Shown: positions 10,199 through 17,777 of the stretch, one piece after another | Layout of the letters: the number at the start of each line of letters is the position of its first letter | Position numbering within the stretch: the stretch's first letter is position 1 | Assembly: GCA_035633115.1 (NCBI GenBank) | Contig: DASQFN010000031.1 | Span: 3,624-67,623 of the forward strand | Source of the DNA: Gemmatimonadaceae bacterium | GTDB taxonomy: Bacteria > Gemmatimonadota > Gemmatimonadetes > Gemmatimonadales > Gemmatimonadaceae | Length of the DNA: 64,000 bases | Reading direction: 5' to 3' | Program-made: the position numbers and the translations under genes | Notes under the pieces: generated by a model | Databases searched by the model: none | What the model was told of the DNA's origin: nothing | Seen by the model: only the letters and a program-made list of their open reading frames with translations

Positions 10199-10374
10199 TA
10201 CTGAACCGGCCACCGTGCTTTCAATTCTTCGATCAGCGCCACGGGCCGATCATGCTTTCGATCGATCGCCCGGTACACGATCGCCATGCCGCCGCTGCCA
10301 ATCTCGGCTTCAACGGCGTAACAATCGCCGAGGGCGGCAGTGAGGCGGCGGCGGTCCGGGACCGGCTCAACCAT
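10198..10374 (-). pseudogene. Internally deleted Ser/Thr kinase (first ~46 and last ~12 codons)
   Basis: LTAALGDCYAVEAEIGSGGMAIVYRAIDRKHDRPVA (subdomains I-II) fused to LIEELKARWPVQ*. Confidence 0.75.
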
Positions 10375-10502
10375 TATCCATCCTGCGTCGGAGAAACCCG
10401 GTGAAAACCGCAAGTATCGCCATAGCCTTGGCCACGTTCAAGGCGCCGAGTTTTGATTGCTGATGAGCGCGAACGATGTTGCGTCCCGGGCCCGGGCGGC
10501 TG

Positions 10503-10520
10503 TATATCTATTGTAGATAC
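10503..10520. promoter_or_regulatory. mazEF operator candidate TATCTA-TTG-TAGATA
   Basis: Inverted repeat 10505-10510/10514-10519, ~30 bp upstream of mazE. Confidence 0.55.
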
Positions 10521-10547
10521 GGCCGGCGGTCTGTTGAGGGAGATGAA

Positions 10548-10787
10548 ATGGTTACTTCGGTTCAACGCTGGGGCAACAGCCTCGCGATTCGAATTCCCAA
10601 GGCATTCGCCGCACAGGCGCAGCTCAGCGAAAACACTGACGTCGACATTTCGCTGGAAGGAGACAAAATCGTCGTCACTCCCGCACGCCGCACGTGGAGC
10701 CTCCGCGAGCTCGTAGGCGATATTACTCCGGCAAACACACATCGCGAGATCCACTGGGGCGAGCGCACCGGCAAAGAGAGTTGGTGA
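10548..10787 (+). CDS. mazE: MazE (AbrB-type) antitoxin
   Basis: MVTSVQRWGNSLAIRIPK...LEGDKIVVTP...E.HWGERTGKESW. Confidence 0.92.
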   Translation: MVTSVQRWGNSLAIRIPKAFAAQAQLSENTDVDISLEGDKIVVTPARRTWSLRELVGDITPANTHREIHWGERTGKESW

Positions 10788-11137
10788 AGCCCCCTGCGAA
10801 ATCGCGCCCGTACGTGCCCGAGCGCGGAGATGCGGTCTGGCTGACGTTCGATCCTGCGGGTCATGAGCAGGCGGGACGGCGGCCCGCAGTCGTCCTGTCG
10901 CCGCGCGCATACAATGGTCGCAGTGGGCTCGCACTTCTCTGCCCCGTAACAAATCAGATCAAAGGCTATCCCTTCGAGGTAATACTCCCCGAAGGACTAC
11001 CCGTGGCCGGTGCCGTTCTCGCGGATCAGGTTCGAAGTCTCGACTGGCAGGCGCGACGCTCAACCCGAATATGCTCGCTCCCCGCAGACACGATGGACGA
11101 GGTCCTGGGAAAACTGGAGCCGCTGCTACAGCGGTAG
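10784..11137 (+). CDS. mazF: MazF endoribonuclease toxin
   Basis: YVPERGDAVWLTFDPAGHEQAGRRPAVVLSP...CPVTNQIKGYPFEV; GTGA overlap with mazE. Confidence 0.93.
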   Translation: MKPPAKSRPYVPERGDAVWLTFDPAGHEQAGRRPAVVLSPRAYNGRSGLALLCPVTNQIKGYPFEVILPEGLPVAGAVLADQVRSLDWQARRSTRICSLPADTMDEVLGKLEPLLQR

Positions 11138-11209
11138 CGCCCTCAACCCACCGCTCTCGCAAGTCCTCGATGAGCTGATTGAATCTCTTGTCGTCCCTCG
11201 ACGACTCCC

Positions 11210-11352
11210 GTAACAGTGGCCGGGCATGGCAATGACGATGTCAGCCCACGTACATTGAAGAGTATCCTGAAACAAGCCGGCCTCGAAAAACCCCGGCTGA
11301 GGGGAGATAAATGAGCCGCTATCTCGTAATCATCGAACTGACTCTAAATTGA
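11210..11352 (+). pseudogene. hicAB remnant (3' half of hicA, first 13 codons of hicB)
   Basis: VTVAGHGNDDVSPRTLKSILKQAGLEK...* then MSRYLVIIELTLN* from 11311; the hicB start ATGAGCCGcTATCTcGTAATCATCGAA is nearly identical to 1020-1046. Confidence 0.8.
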
Positions 11353-11399
11353 AGGTTCAGGGCTCTCCCAACGCCTCACATCTCACCAATGGTCACAGC

Positions 11400-12038
11400 A
11401 TGACAGACATCACTGATTCGATCCATCCGCGCCGACGATTCATCGGCCGAGCCGCGGCGGCAGTTGCCGCGCTCACGGGCTTCCCCGGACTCCTTCGCGC
11501 CAACACCAGCGCCGATGATTCAAAACACGACGCCTGGATGGGCCAGCTCAAGGGAAAACATCGCCAGCTCTTCCACGCCATCGACCTGAACGACAGGGCG
11601 ATGCTGATGGCGAACAATTATCTCGACGCCTACCAGAATGAGTTCGCCGAAAAGCCCGGCGAGGCGAGCGCCGTGATCGGGGTTCACGGCCCGGCCCTCT
11701 ATCTCGGGTTCAAAGATGCGGCGTGGACAAAGTATGCCTTCGGCAAGGCTGCGAATCTCATCGATCCCGCAACCAAAGAGCCGTCAGTCCGGAATATTTT
11801 CGCGACGGGCGGAGAGCTGGCCGTCGACACAGCGCAGAAGCGCGGCATCCTGTTCCTCATCTGCAACACCGCGCTTCGCCTTCGGTCGCGCGCCCTCGCG
11901 AAAGAGCGGGGTGAGACGTACGAGGTGGTTTACAAAGACCTCGAGGCGTCGCGGCTACCCGGCACCATTCTCGTTCCCGCATTGGTCGTCGCCATCAACC
12001 GCGCGCAGGAAAAGGGCGTGACCTACGTCAGAGTGTAA
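11400..12038 (+). CDS. Tat-exported DsrE/F-like protein
   Basis: PRRRFIG twin-arginine signal; GILFLICNTAL and VPALVVAINRAQEKGVTY resemble the DsrE-fold C-terminus. Confidence 0.6.
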   Translation: MTDITDSIHPRRRFIGRAAAAVAALTGFPGLLRANTSADDSKHDAWMGQLKGKHRQLFHAIDLNDRAMLMANNYLDAYQNEFAEKPGEASAVIGVHGPALYLGFKDAAWTKYAFGKAANLIDPATKEPSVRNIFATGGELAVDTAQKRGILFLICNTALRLRSRALAKERGETYEVVYKDLEASRLPGTILVPALVVAINRAQEKGVTYVRV

Positions 12039-12127
12039 GAGTACGCGACACGGTTGGGATGCTCGTCAGCACGGCATCGAGCTCCCAACCGGTACGCGAT
12101 CACGCTGATTGGCGCTGAGCACACCGA

Positions 12128-12628
12128 TCATCTCTCGAGCCGCCGCTTGAGCGCTCGAAGCAAAACGACATCATCCAGATCTCTCGGCCGGCCCGCAGCT
12201 TCTTTCGACCGAATGATGTCGTCGAGCGAGGCTGCCTGAAATTCAACTCCGAAGGCCTCGAACCGTTCGGCACCTCTGATGAGATCGTCGTAACCCTTCG
12301 TCCCGGCCGGCATGAATGCAAGGTCAACCCTTCCGGCCTTTGTCACGAGATTCCACATCGCTGCCCGACTGAGCGTCGCCGCGGAGCAGTCGAACGCGAG
12401 CCCCTGAGGCACCGACTCAGTGTACACCCGGGCATCGAGCTCGCGAAGCGCCGCTGCCAGTCGGTCGAGGTTCCGCTTGTCGCTCGCCGGCGTGATGTCG
12501 GCATCGGCTGTCAATCTGGGGAAACCGTGGAGTCGCGCCGCCAGAGCACCTATCAGGATGAATCGAACGCGATGAGTGTGAAGGGCGCGGAGTAACCGCT
12601 CGGGATCAAACGCGGCAACATCAGACAC
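12128..12628 (-). CDS. Nucleotidyltransferase (DNA pol beta superfamily)
   Basis: FILIGALAARLHGFPRLTADADI (GxxA...DxD), VDLAF, IIRSKEAAGRPRDLDD. Confidence 0.8.
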   Translation of the reverse strand: MSDVAAFDPERLLRALHTHRVRFILIGALAARLHGFPRLTADADITPASDKRNLDRLAAALRELDARVYTESVPQGLAFDCSAATLSRAAMWNLVTKAGRVDLAFMPAGTKGYDDLIRGAERFEAFGVEFQAASLDDIIRSKEAAGRPRDLDDVVLLRALKRRLER

Positions 12629-12944
12629 GACGCGCCGCGGCGAGGAAGCGACTCACGTGCGCCGCCTCGAGGAGGCGTTCCTCCGGAGTCAGGCGGAGAA
12701 TCCGCGCGACATCGTCGAGCTCCGACCGGTCGAGCCTGCGAATTCTTTTCAGCTCGGGCACCACGTTGAACCCCGCTGCGCGGAGCAGCCGCGCGAGCGT
12801 ATGCCATGTCGGACTGGTTTCGCCTAGCTCGACGCGCGCCACAACGGACTGCGCCGTGTGCGCCTTCCGCGCAAGGTCGCGCTGGGTCATGCCCGCCTGG
12901 AGCCTGGCGGTCTTCAACAGCTGAGCGACATCGTTGCGGGCCAT
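12621..12944 (-). CDS. XRE-family HTH regulator
   Basis: ARLQAGMTQRDLARKAHTAQSVVARVELGETSPT; C-terminal LTPEERL; 8-bp overlap with the NTase gene. Confidence 0.85.
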   Translation of the reverse strand: MARNDVAQLLKTARLQAGMTQRDLARKAHTAQSVVARVELGETSPTWHTLARLLRAAGFNVVPELKRIRRLDRSELDDVARILRLTPEERLLEAAHVSRFLAAARRV

Positions 12945-12950
12945 AGCGAA

Positions 12951-12970
12951 TGATAGCTAATTAGCTATCA
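12951..12970. promoter_or_regulatory. Perfect 20-bp palindrome TGATAGCTAATTAGCTATCA, operator candidate
   Basis: Read directly; 6 bp upstream of the HTH gene start. Confidence 0.75.
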
Positions 12971-13052
12971 ATTGTCGAGCGCGCCGGCTCCATAGGTCTT
13001 TCCGCAGGCGTGCTGATGGCCGGTCATATTGAGGATGAGCGCCACCCATCAG

Positions 13053-13268
13053 GGCATCTATGACGGAGGTTTCAAAGAGATTCGGCGGTTTATCCGGATT
13101 GAGTCGTACTGGCGTAAATGCCAGAGCGCACAACCGAACCTCTCATCTTTCTAGTTTTTAACAACAAAAAAATCCACATGCTGAGTGGCGGTTCGCCTGC
13201 GCGGGAGCCAGCTCGGAGACAATCCGGATAATCCGCCGAATCCTTTCGAAACCTCCTTCATAGATGCC
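13053..13268. repeat. Non-coding inverted-repeat element copy A (MITE/REPIN-like, 216 bp)
   Basis: Left end GGCATCTATGACGGAGGTTTCAAAGAGATTCGGCGGTTTATCCGGATT; right end is its imperfect reverse complement (...AATCCGGATAATCCGCCGAATCCTTTCGAAACCTCCTTCATAGATGCC). Confidence 0.9.
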
Positions 13269-13283
13269 TGATGGCCGCGCAGA

Positions 13284-14528
13284 TCAAGGGACGAATAGCG
13301 CTCCGTGCGGCATCGCCATGCCCTTCACTGCGTTCGGCCAGGTGTCACGTTTGTAGCTGACCCCGGGCTTCGCCGCGCCGGGATCGCGAAATGCCTCGTC
13401 CCACGACAAACGGCCGGTTGACTTGTCGAGATTCGCGATCAACACCATCGGGGGACCGTCGGCCTGATCGGTGACCACGACGCGATCGCTCCGCGGATCC
13501 GACGCAATCCAGTGTGGGAAGAAAGTCGAATCTGTTTGAAACGATGCGATTTCCTTCGGATTCGCAGGGTCGGAGATGTCGATTGTCGCAAACCGGTGCG
13601 CGTAGGCAATCGGCATTATCCAGAATTTTCTCGCGATCAACGGCACGGAACACCCGATGTTCGCCGGCTGAGGCAGGGCGAGCACGCGCGTGATCTGCGG
13701 TTCGCCGTCGAGACCGGTCAATCGATAAAAGCCACAGTAGTAGCTGTTCACGAGCACCGATCCGTCTTCGAGCGCGCGCAGCTCGAACGGATACCTGTGC
13801 GAGGAATCTCCCGCCACCTCGGGGACTGGCAATGTCTTGAGCAGCTTCAAATCGGATAGACGCCACACCTGGACGACGTCAGCCGCTCGCTCGCTGTCCA
13901 TCGGCGAGCTCGTGGTCACGACGCGATCGATCTTCGGAAGAGCAGCGAGGGCATACGTTCGAATTCTCGCGCCCGGGAACGCCGGATCACGCGACGATCC
14001 GCTGCGAACGAGCTTGCCCTGCGGGTCGAACTCGGCGAGACCGCCAGGATCTCCGGTGACTTTGCCGTCGCCGAACTGATAGCTCGCGAGAACATTCCCA
14101 TTCGGCAGTCGAAGGAACGAATGAACCCTTCGTCCACCGGGAACCTGCGCAACGCGGCCGCTCGATTTCGGGTTCCTCGGATCGCTGAAGTCGATCAGGA
14201 ACGACTTGTCGCCGGTGAAATCGTTTGCGAACAACGGTCCCTTTGCGGGAAGCTCGAACTCCGTGTGATGCGGCATCAGCCCGCTGGAGTCGACTGTCTG
14301 AGCAGCGATGACTGATCCGTACGTTTTGCTGGTCGGATCGGCGTCGAGCACGGTGATCATGTTGAGTCCGGCAGTCGAATCGTGGCCAGTGCCCGCCCAC
14401 ACATACAAGTAGCGTGATGGTCCGCTCGCGCTCGATTCGGCGGTCGATTCGCCGTCCGGGCGAGCACAGCCGGCCACGACCGTCACAACAGCGAATACGA
14501 GCGAAATCCGGCCTTTGAAATCCGTCAC
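13284..14528 (-). CDS. SBP56/methanethiol-oxidase-like beta-propeller lipoprotein
   Basis: Likely GTG start 14528 with VVAGC lipobox; YLYVWAG...TVLDADPTSKTYGSVI...PHH N-terminal pattern. Confidence 0.6.
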   Translation of the reverse strand: MTDFKGRISLVFAVVTVVAGCARPDGESTAESSASGPSRYLYVWAGTGHDSTAGLNMITVLDADPTSKTYGSVIAAQTVDSSGLMPHHTEFELPAKGPLFANDFTGDKSFLIDFSDPRNPKSSGRVAQVPGGRRVHSFLRLPNGNVLASYQFGDGKVTGDPGGLAEFDPQGKLVRSGSSRDPAFPGARIRTYALAALPKIDRVVTTSSPMDSERAADVVQVWRLSDLKLLKTLPVPEVAGDSSHRYPFELRALEDGSVLVNSYYCGFYRLTGLDGEPQITRVLALPQPANIGCSVPLIARKFWIMPIAYAHRFATIDISDPANPKEIASFQTDSTFFPHWIASDPRSDRVVVTDQADGPPMVLIANLDKSTGRLSWDEAFRDPGAAKPGVSYKRDTWPNAVKGMAMPHGALFVP

Positions 14529-14608
14529 CCCGAGCTCCCGTTTGAAATTGTGAACGGGGAGTTTGCAGCCAACGCCCCTCTTATGCAAACGGCTGTCGCG
14601 CCCATCAA

Positions 14609-14822
14609 GCATCTATGACGGAAGTTTCGAAGAGATTCGGCGGATTTTCCGGATCGAGTCGTACTGGCGTACAGGCTAGTGCCCGCAATCGGACGTCTCT
14701 CTGTTTTGTTGTTAACAACAAAAACAGTCGCCAGGCTGAGTGGCGGTTCGCCTGCCTTGGCGCCAGTTCGGAAACAATCCGGATAATCCGCCGAATCCCT
14801 TCGAAACTTCCGACATAGATGC
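14609..14822. repeat. Non-coding inverted-repeat element copy B (214 bp)
   Basis: Same TIRs and colinear interior as copy A (roughly 80% identical by eye); central perfect palindrome TTTTGTTGTTAACAACAAAA at 14704-14723. Confidence 0.9.
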
Positions 14823-15022
14823 CGGCCAAGGGCGCAGAAGCCGGGTGAGCACAGATGATGGCTGAAACCGTGGGCGCGGGGTAAGGCAAACGACCTAGTC
14901 GGGCACACCAAGAACCGATCGGACCCTCGCCGAATACGGTGATCGCCCAATTCCTGCCACCGCGCCAAAACACGAAGACTTCGGCCAACAGACAATCCGT
15001 CTCCCCCGAATCGAGGAAAACC

Positions 15023-16366
15023 ATGCGAACGCGAACCTACCTTGCCCGGTGGTCCGTCATCGTCCCCGCCATCGCAGTGCTCACCGCCTGCAGCGACGCC
15101 GTTTCACCCACAAGTCCGCGCGCCGCGCCGGACCCGACAGCTACCCTCGTGGCCACCGACGGCTCCATTCCAGGCAACTATATAGTTGTTGCCAACTGGA
15201 GCGCCGACGTTCTCGCGCTCACCGCGCAATACGGCATCGAGCCGAAGTACGTGTACGAGCATCTCATCAACGGATTCGCGGCTGCCTTCCCCACGGAAGT
15301 CGCGAACGCACTCGCTGCCGATCCGCGCGTCCTCAAAATCTCGGTACAGCGCCAGTACTCGAAGGTCGAAACTGTCACCCAGGCGCATGCTACGTGGGGC
15401 ATCGACCGCATCGACCAGCGCGCGCTGCCGATGGACTCGAGCTACTCCTACGACTTCACGGGAGCCGGCGTCACCTCGTACATCATCGACACCGGGATCC
15501 GTTACTCGCACAGCGAGTTCGAGGGGCGAGCCGTGCGCGGGTTCGACGCCTTCGCCGCCGACCCAGCCGATCCCCTACTCGGCTACGACGGGTCGGGTGA
15601 TTGCGACGGGCACGGCACCCACGTCTCAGGTACGGTAGGTGGAAAAACGTGGGGCGTCGCCAAGAAGGTGAAGCTGGTCGGCGTCCGAGTGCTGAACTGC
15701 GCCGGTTATGGATCGGATGCAGACGTCATCGCCGGAATGGACTGGGTCGCGAAGAACGCAACCCTTCCCGCCTCGGCCAACATGTCACTCGGCGACGTCG
15801 TCCCGACCAAGACGCTCGGAACCAACGGCCCGGTTGACGACGCGGTCAAGGCACTCATCGCTTCGGGCGTGACGCTCGCTGTCGCTGCCGGCAACGGCTG
15901 GGGCAATGGGACCGTTGGCGCCGACGCGTGCATGTTCCCGATCTCGAACGTCCCCGAAGCGATCACGGTCGCGGCCAGCACGAAGACTGACACGCGTACG
16001 ACGTGGACGAACTACGGCGCATGCATCGACGTCTTTGCGCCGGGCTCGAGCGTAATGTCGTCGACGTTCGACAACGACACATCGTTTGGCACGAAGAGCG
16101 GCACATCCATGGCGGCCCCGCACGTCGCCGGCGTGGCGTCCCTGATTCTTCAACAGGCACCCGGCGCCACACCGCAGCAGGTGCGCGACATCATCGTGAG
16201 CCAGGCGACGCAGAACATCATCCTGCCGACCACGACGAACAACGGTCACACGATGAACAGCCATCTGCTCTACAGCAGAGCGGTGGCGCCGGCCGCACTC
16301 GTTGGTAAGCCGCCGAAGAACCCCAAGCCGTGCACTCCGAAGCGGCAGCACAACGGAGAGTGCTGA
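15023..16366 (+). CDS. S8 subtilisin-like serine protease (aqualysin/proteinase K-like) with I9 propeptide, lipoprotein
   Basis: IIDTG, DGHGTHV, GTSMA triad; LTAC lipobox; GAGGAAA RBS before ATG 15023. Confidence 0.93.
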   Translation: MRTRTYLARWSVIVPAIAVLTACSDAVSPTSPRAAPDPTATLVATDGSIPGNYIVVANWSADVLALTAQYGIEPKYVYEHLINGFAAAFPTEVANALAADPRVLKISVQRQYSKVETVTQAHATWGIDRIDQRALPMDSSYSYDFTGAGVTSYIIDTGIRYSHSEFEGRAVRGFDAFAADPADPLLGYDGSGDCDGHGTHVSGTVGGKTWGVAKKVKLVGVRVLNCAGYGSDADVIAGMDWVAKNATLPASANMSLGDVVPTKTLGTNGPVDDAVKALIASGVTLAVAAGNGWGNGTVGADACMFPISNVPEAITVAASTKTDTRTTWTNYGACIDVFAPGSSVMSSTFDNDTSFGTKSGTSMAAPHVAGVASLILQQAPGATPQQVRDIIVSQATQNIILPTTTNNGHTMNSHLLYSRAVAPAALVGKPPKNPKPCTPKRQHNGEC

Positions 16367-16563
16367 TCTAAATCGCTGCGGTGGTCAGTCGACGCCGCAG
16401 CGCACGGACATCGCCAGGGCATTCGGGCTCACATGGACGAAGCGCGATGCTCGCGGGGGGGTGGCACCATCGCCCCCTCGCCTGGCGAGGGTCGAAACTT
16501 TAAGCGCTGGTGCCACGGGTGAGGGAAGCGGTGTTTCGTGACGCGACCGCTCCAGCGTAGCCG

Positions 16564-17010
16564 CTAGCGAACCTCGAATGGCCGAGACGCTGCGCGATCC
16601 GGCGGCACTGGCCTTCCGTCCTCACCGAGCAAACCGGTAAACACGACTCGATAGGTACCTGCCGACATTCCGGTGGGGATATCGAAAAGCGCGTTGATCG
16701 ACGCCCCTTTGGCGAGCGACCTCGCCTCCGCGGTGCAGGCACCGCCGGCCGTCGGCCACTCGAAAACCACGACCCAGCTGTTGTCCACCCTTCTCTCGAG
16801 GCGACGCTGACAGAGGTTGTACTCGATCGTCTTATCGGACGTATTCCGAATCGTCGCTTCGCCCGTGCTGCCACGGTTGTATTGATCTCTGTTCGTCGTG
16901 ATCTGATAAGCACCCGACGAGCCGCCGCGACCGAGCAGACCGCCGCAGCCGCCGAGTGTAACCGCACCTGCGAGAAGTGCAACGAGCGCCGTTCGCATTT
17001 GAAACCGCAT
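16564..17010 (-). CDS. Hypothetical lipoprotein with Ig-like domain
   Basis: TLGGC lipobox; TNRDQYNRG...IRNTSDKTIEYNLC...GTYRVV Ig-like pattern. Confidence 0.6.
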   Translation of the reverse strand: MRFQMRTALVALLAGAVTLGGCGGLLGRGGSSGAYQITTNRDQYNRGSTGEATIRNTSDKTIEYNLCQRRLERRVDNSWVVVFEWPTAGGACTAEARSLAKGASINALFDIPTGMSAGTYRVVFTGLLGEDGRPVPPDRAASRPFEVR

Positions 17011-17117
17011 CTTGATCCTCCACTTTGAGATCTGCTGGGCGACGACTGCGAAACGATTCACTTATCGTACCAACCACTTCCCGCGTGCTCGGCGCCGACA
17101 CCCGAAGGTCGCCGCGT

Positions 17118-17143
17118 ACGTACATATTGTGCATTTTGTACGT
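17118..17143. promoter_or_regulatory. Operator candidate ACGTACA-N12-TGTACGT
   Basis: 7-bp inverted repeat 20 bp upstream of the Phd-type antitoxin. Confidence 0.55.
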
Positions 17144-17162
17144 TGTCGATAACTTGACTGTC

Positions 17163-17417
17163 ATGACTCGTCTTCCTGCCACCGAAGCACGGATTCGATT
17201 CGCCGAACTGGTTAATGATGTCGCGTTTGGCGGCGAGCGTGTTGTATTGCAGCGGCATGGCAAAGACATCGCCGCCGTTGTGCCAATAGAGGATCTCGCT
17301 CTCCTCGAGGAGCTCGAGGACCGCATCGATCTCGACGCGGCTCGTAAAGCGCTTCGCGACAAGGAGCCCGCCATTGCCTGGGGCGCCTTGAAGCGCGAGC
17401 TGGGTCTCAAGCGCTAA
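17163..17417 (+). CDS. Phd/YefM-family antitoxin
   Basis: ATEARIRFAELVNDVAFGGERVVLQRHGKDIAAVVP motif. Confidence 0.88.
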   Translation: MTRLPATEARIRFAELVNDVAFGGERVVLQRHGKDIAAVVPIEDLALLEELEDRIDLDAARKALRDKEPAIAWGALKRELGLKR

Positions 17418-17474
17418 CGTCGCGCGGACGGGTAATTCTCCGCCGGGTCCCAAATCACAGGTCCGGACCGACCT

Positions 17475-17732
17475 CCGTATCGAATCGAGATCTCGGCGCG
17501 AGCGGCGTGGGAATTTCGAAAGCTCGAGCCGGCGGCTCATCGGCGGCTGAGTCGTAAGATCGATTCGCTGTCGCTGGACCCACGCCCGCCGGGCGTCAAA
17601 AAGCTATCGGGTAAGGAAGGCGTCTATCGTGTTCGGGATGGAGATTTCAGGATCGTCTACAGCATCGAGGACAGGAAGCTGCTGATTCTGGTGCTCTCAG
17701 TCGGCAACCGTCGCGACATCTACAAGCGTTGA
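17475..17732 (+). CDS. relE: RelE/ParE-family toxin with no canonical start codon
   Basis: Manual translation PYRIEISARAAWEFRKL...DPRPPGVKKLSGKEGVYRVRDGDFRIVYSIEDRKLLILVLSVGNRRDIYKR*; the frame opens after TAA 17433-17435 with no ATG/GTG/TTG before the conserved start. Confidence 0.8.
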   Translation, partial: PYRIEISARAAWEFRKLEPAAHRRLSRKIDSLSLDPRPPGVKKLSGKEGVYRVRDGDFRIVYSIEDRKLLILVLSVGNRRDIYKR

Positions 17733-17777
17733 TCAAGAGCAGAGAGCGATGATTATCGTGTCAGTGCCATCGACCAA

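Noticed and set aside
13284-14528. Link between the selenium-binding-protein-like gene and the selenoprotein
   Set aside because: The SBP56 name does not imply Sec metabolism; the genes are 28 kb apart and this gene has no in-frame TGA.
14615-14818. 67-aa ORF inside repeat copy B as a coding gene
   Set aside because: Copy A does not preserve an equivalent open frame (in-frame stops or shifts), so the element is treated as non-coding.
14860-14930. c-di-GMP-I riboswitch upstream of the first S8 protease (GGCAAAC motif)
   Set aside because: Lacks the GAAA tetraloop and the downstream GACGCAAA and P2 elements.
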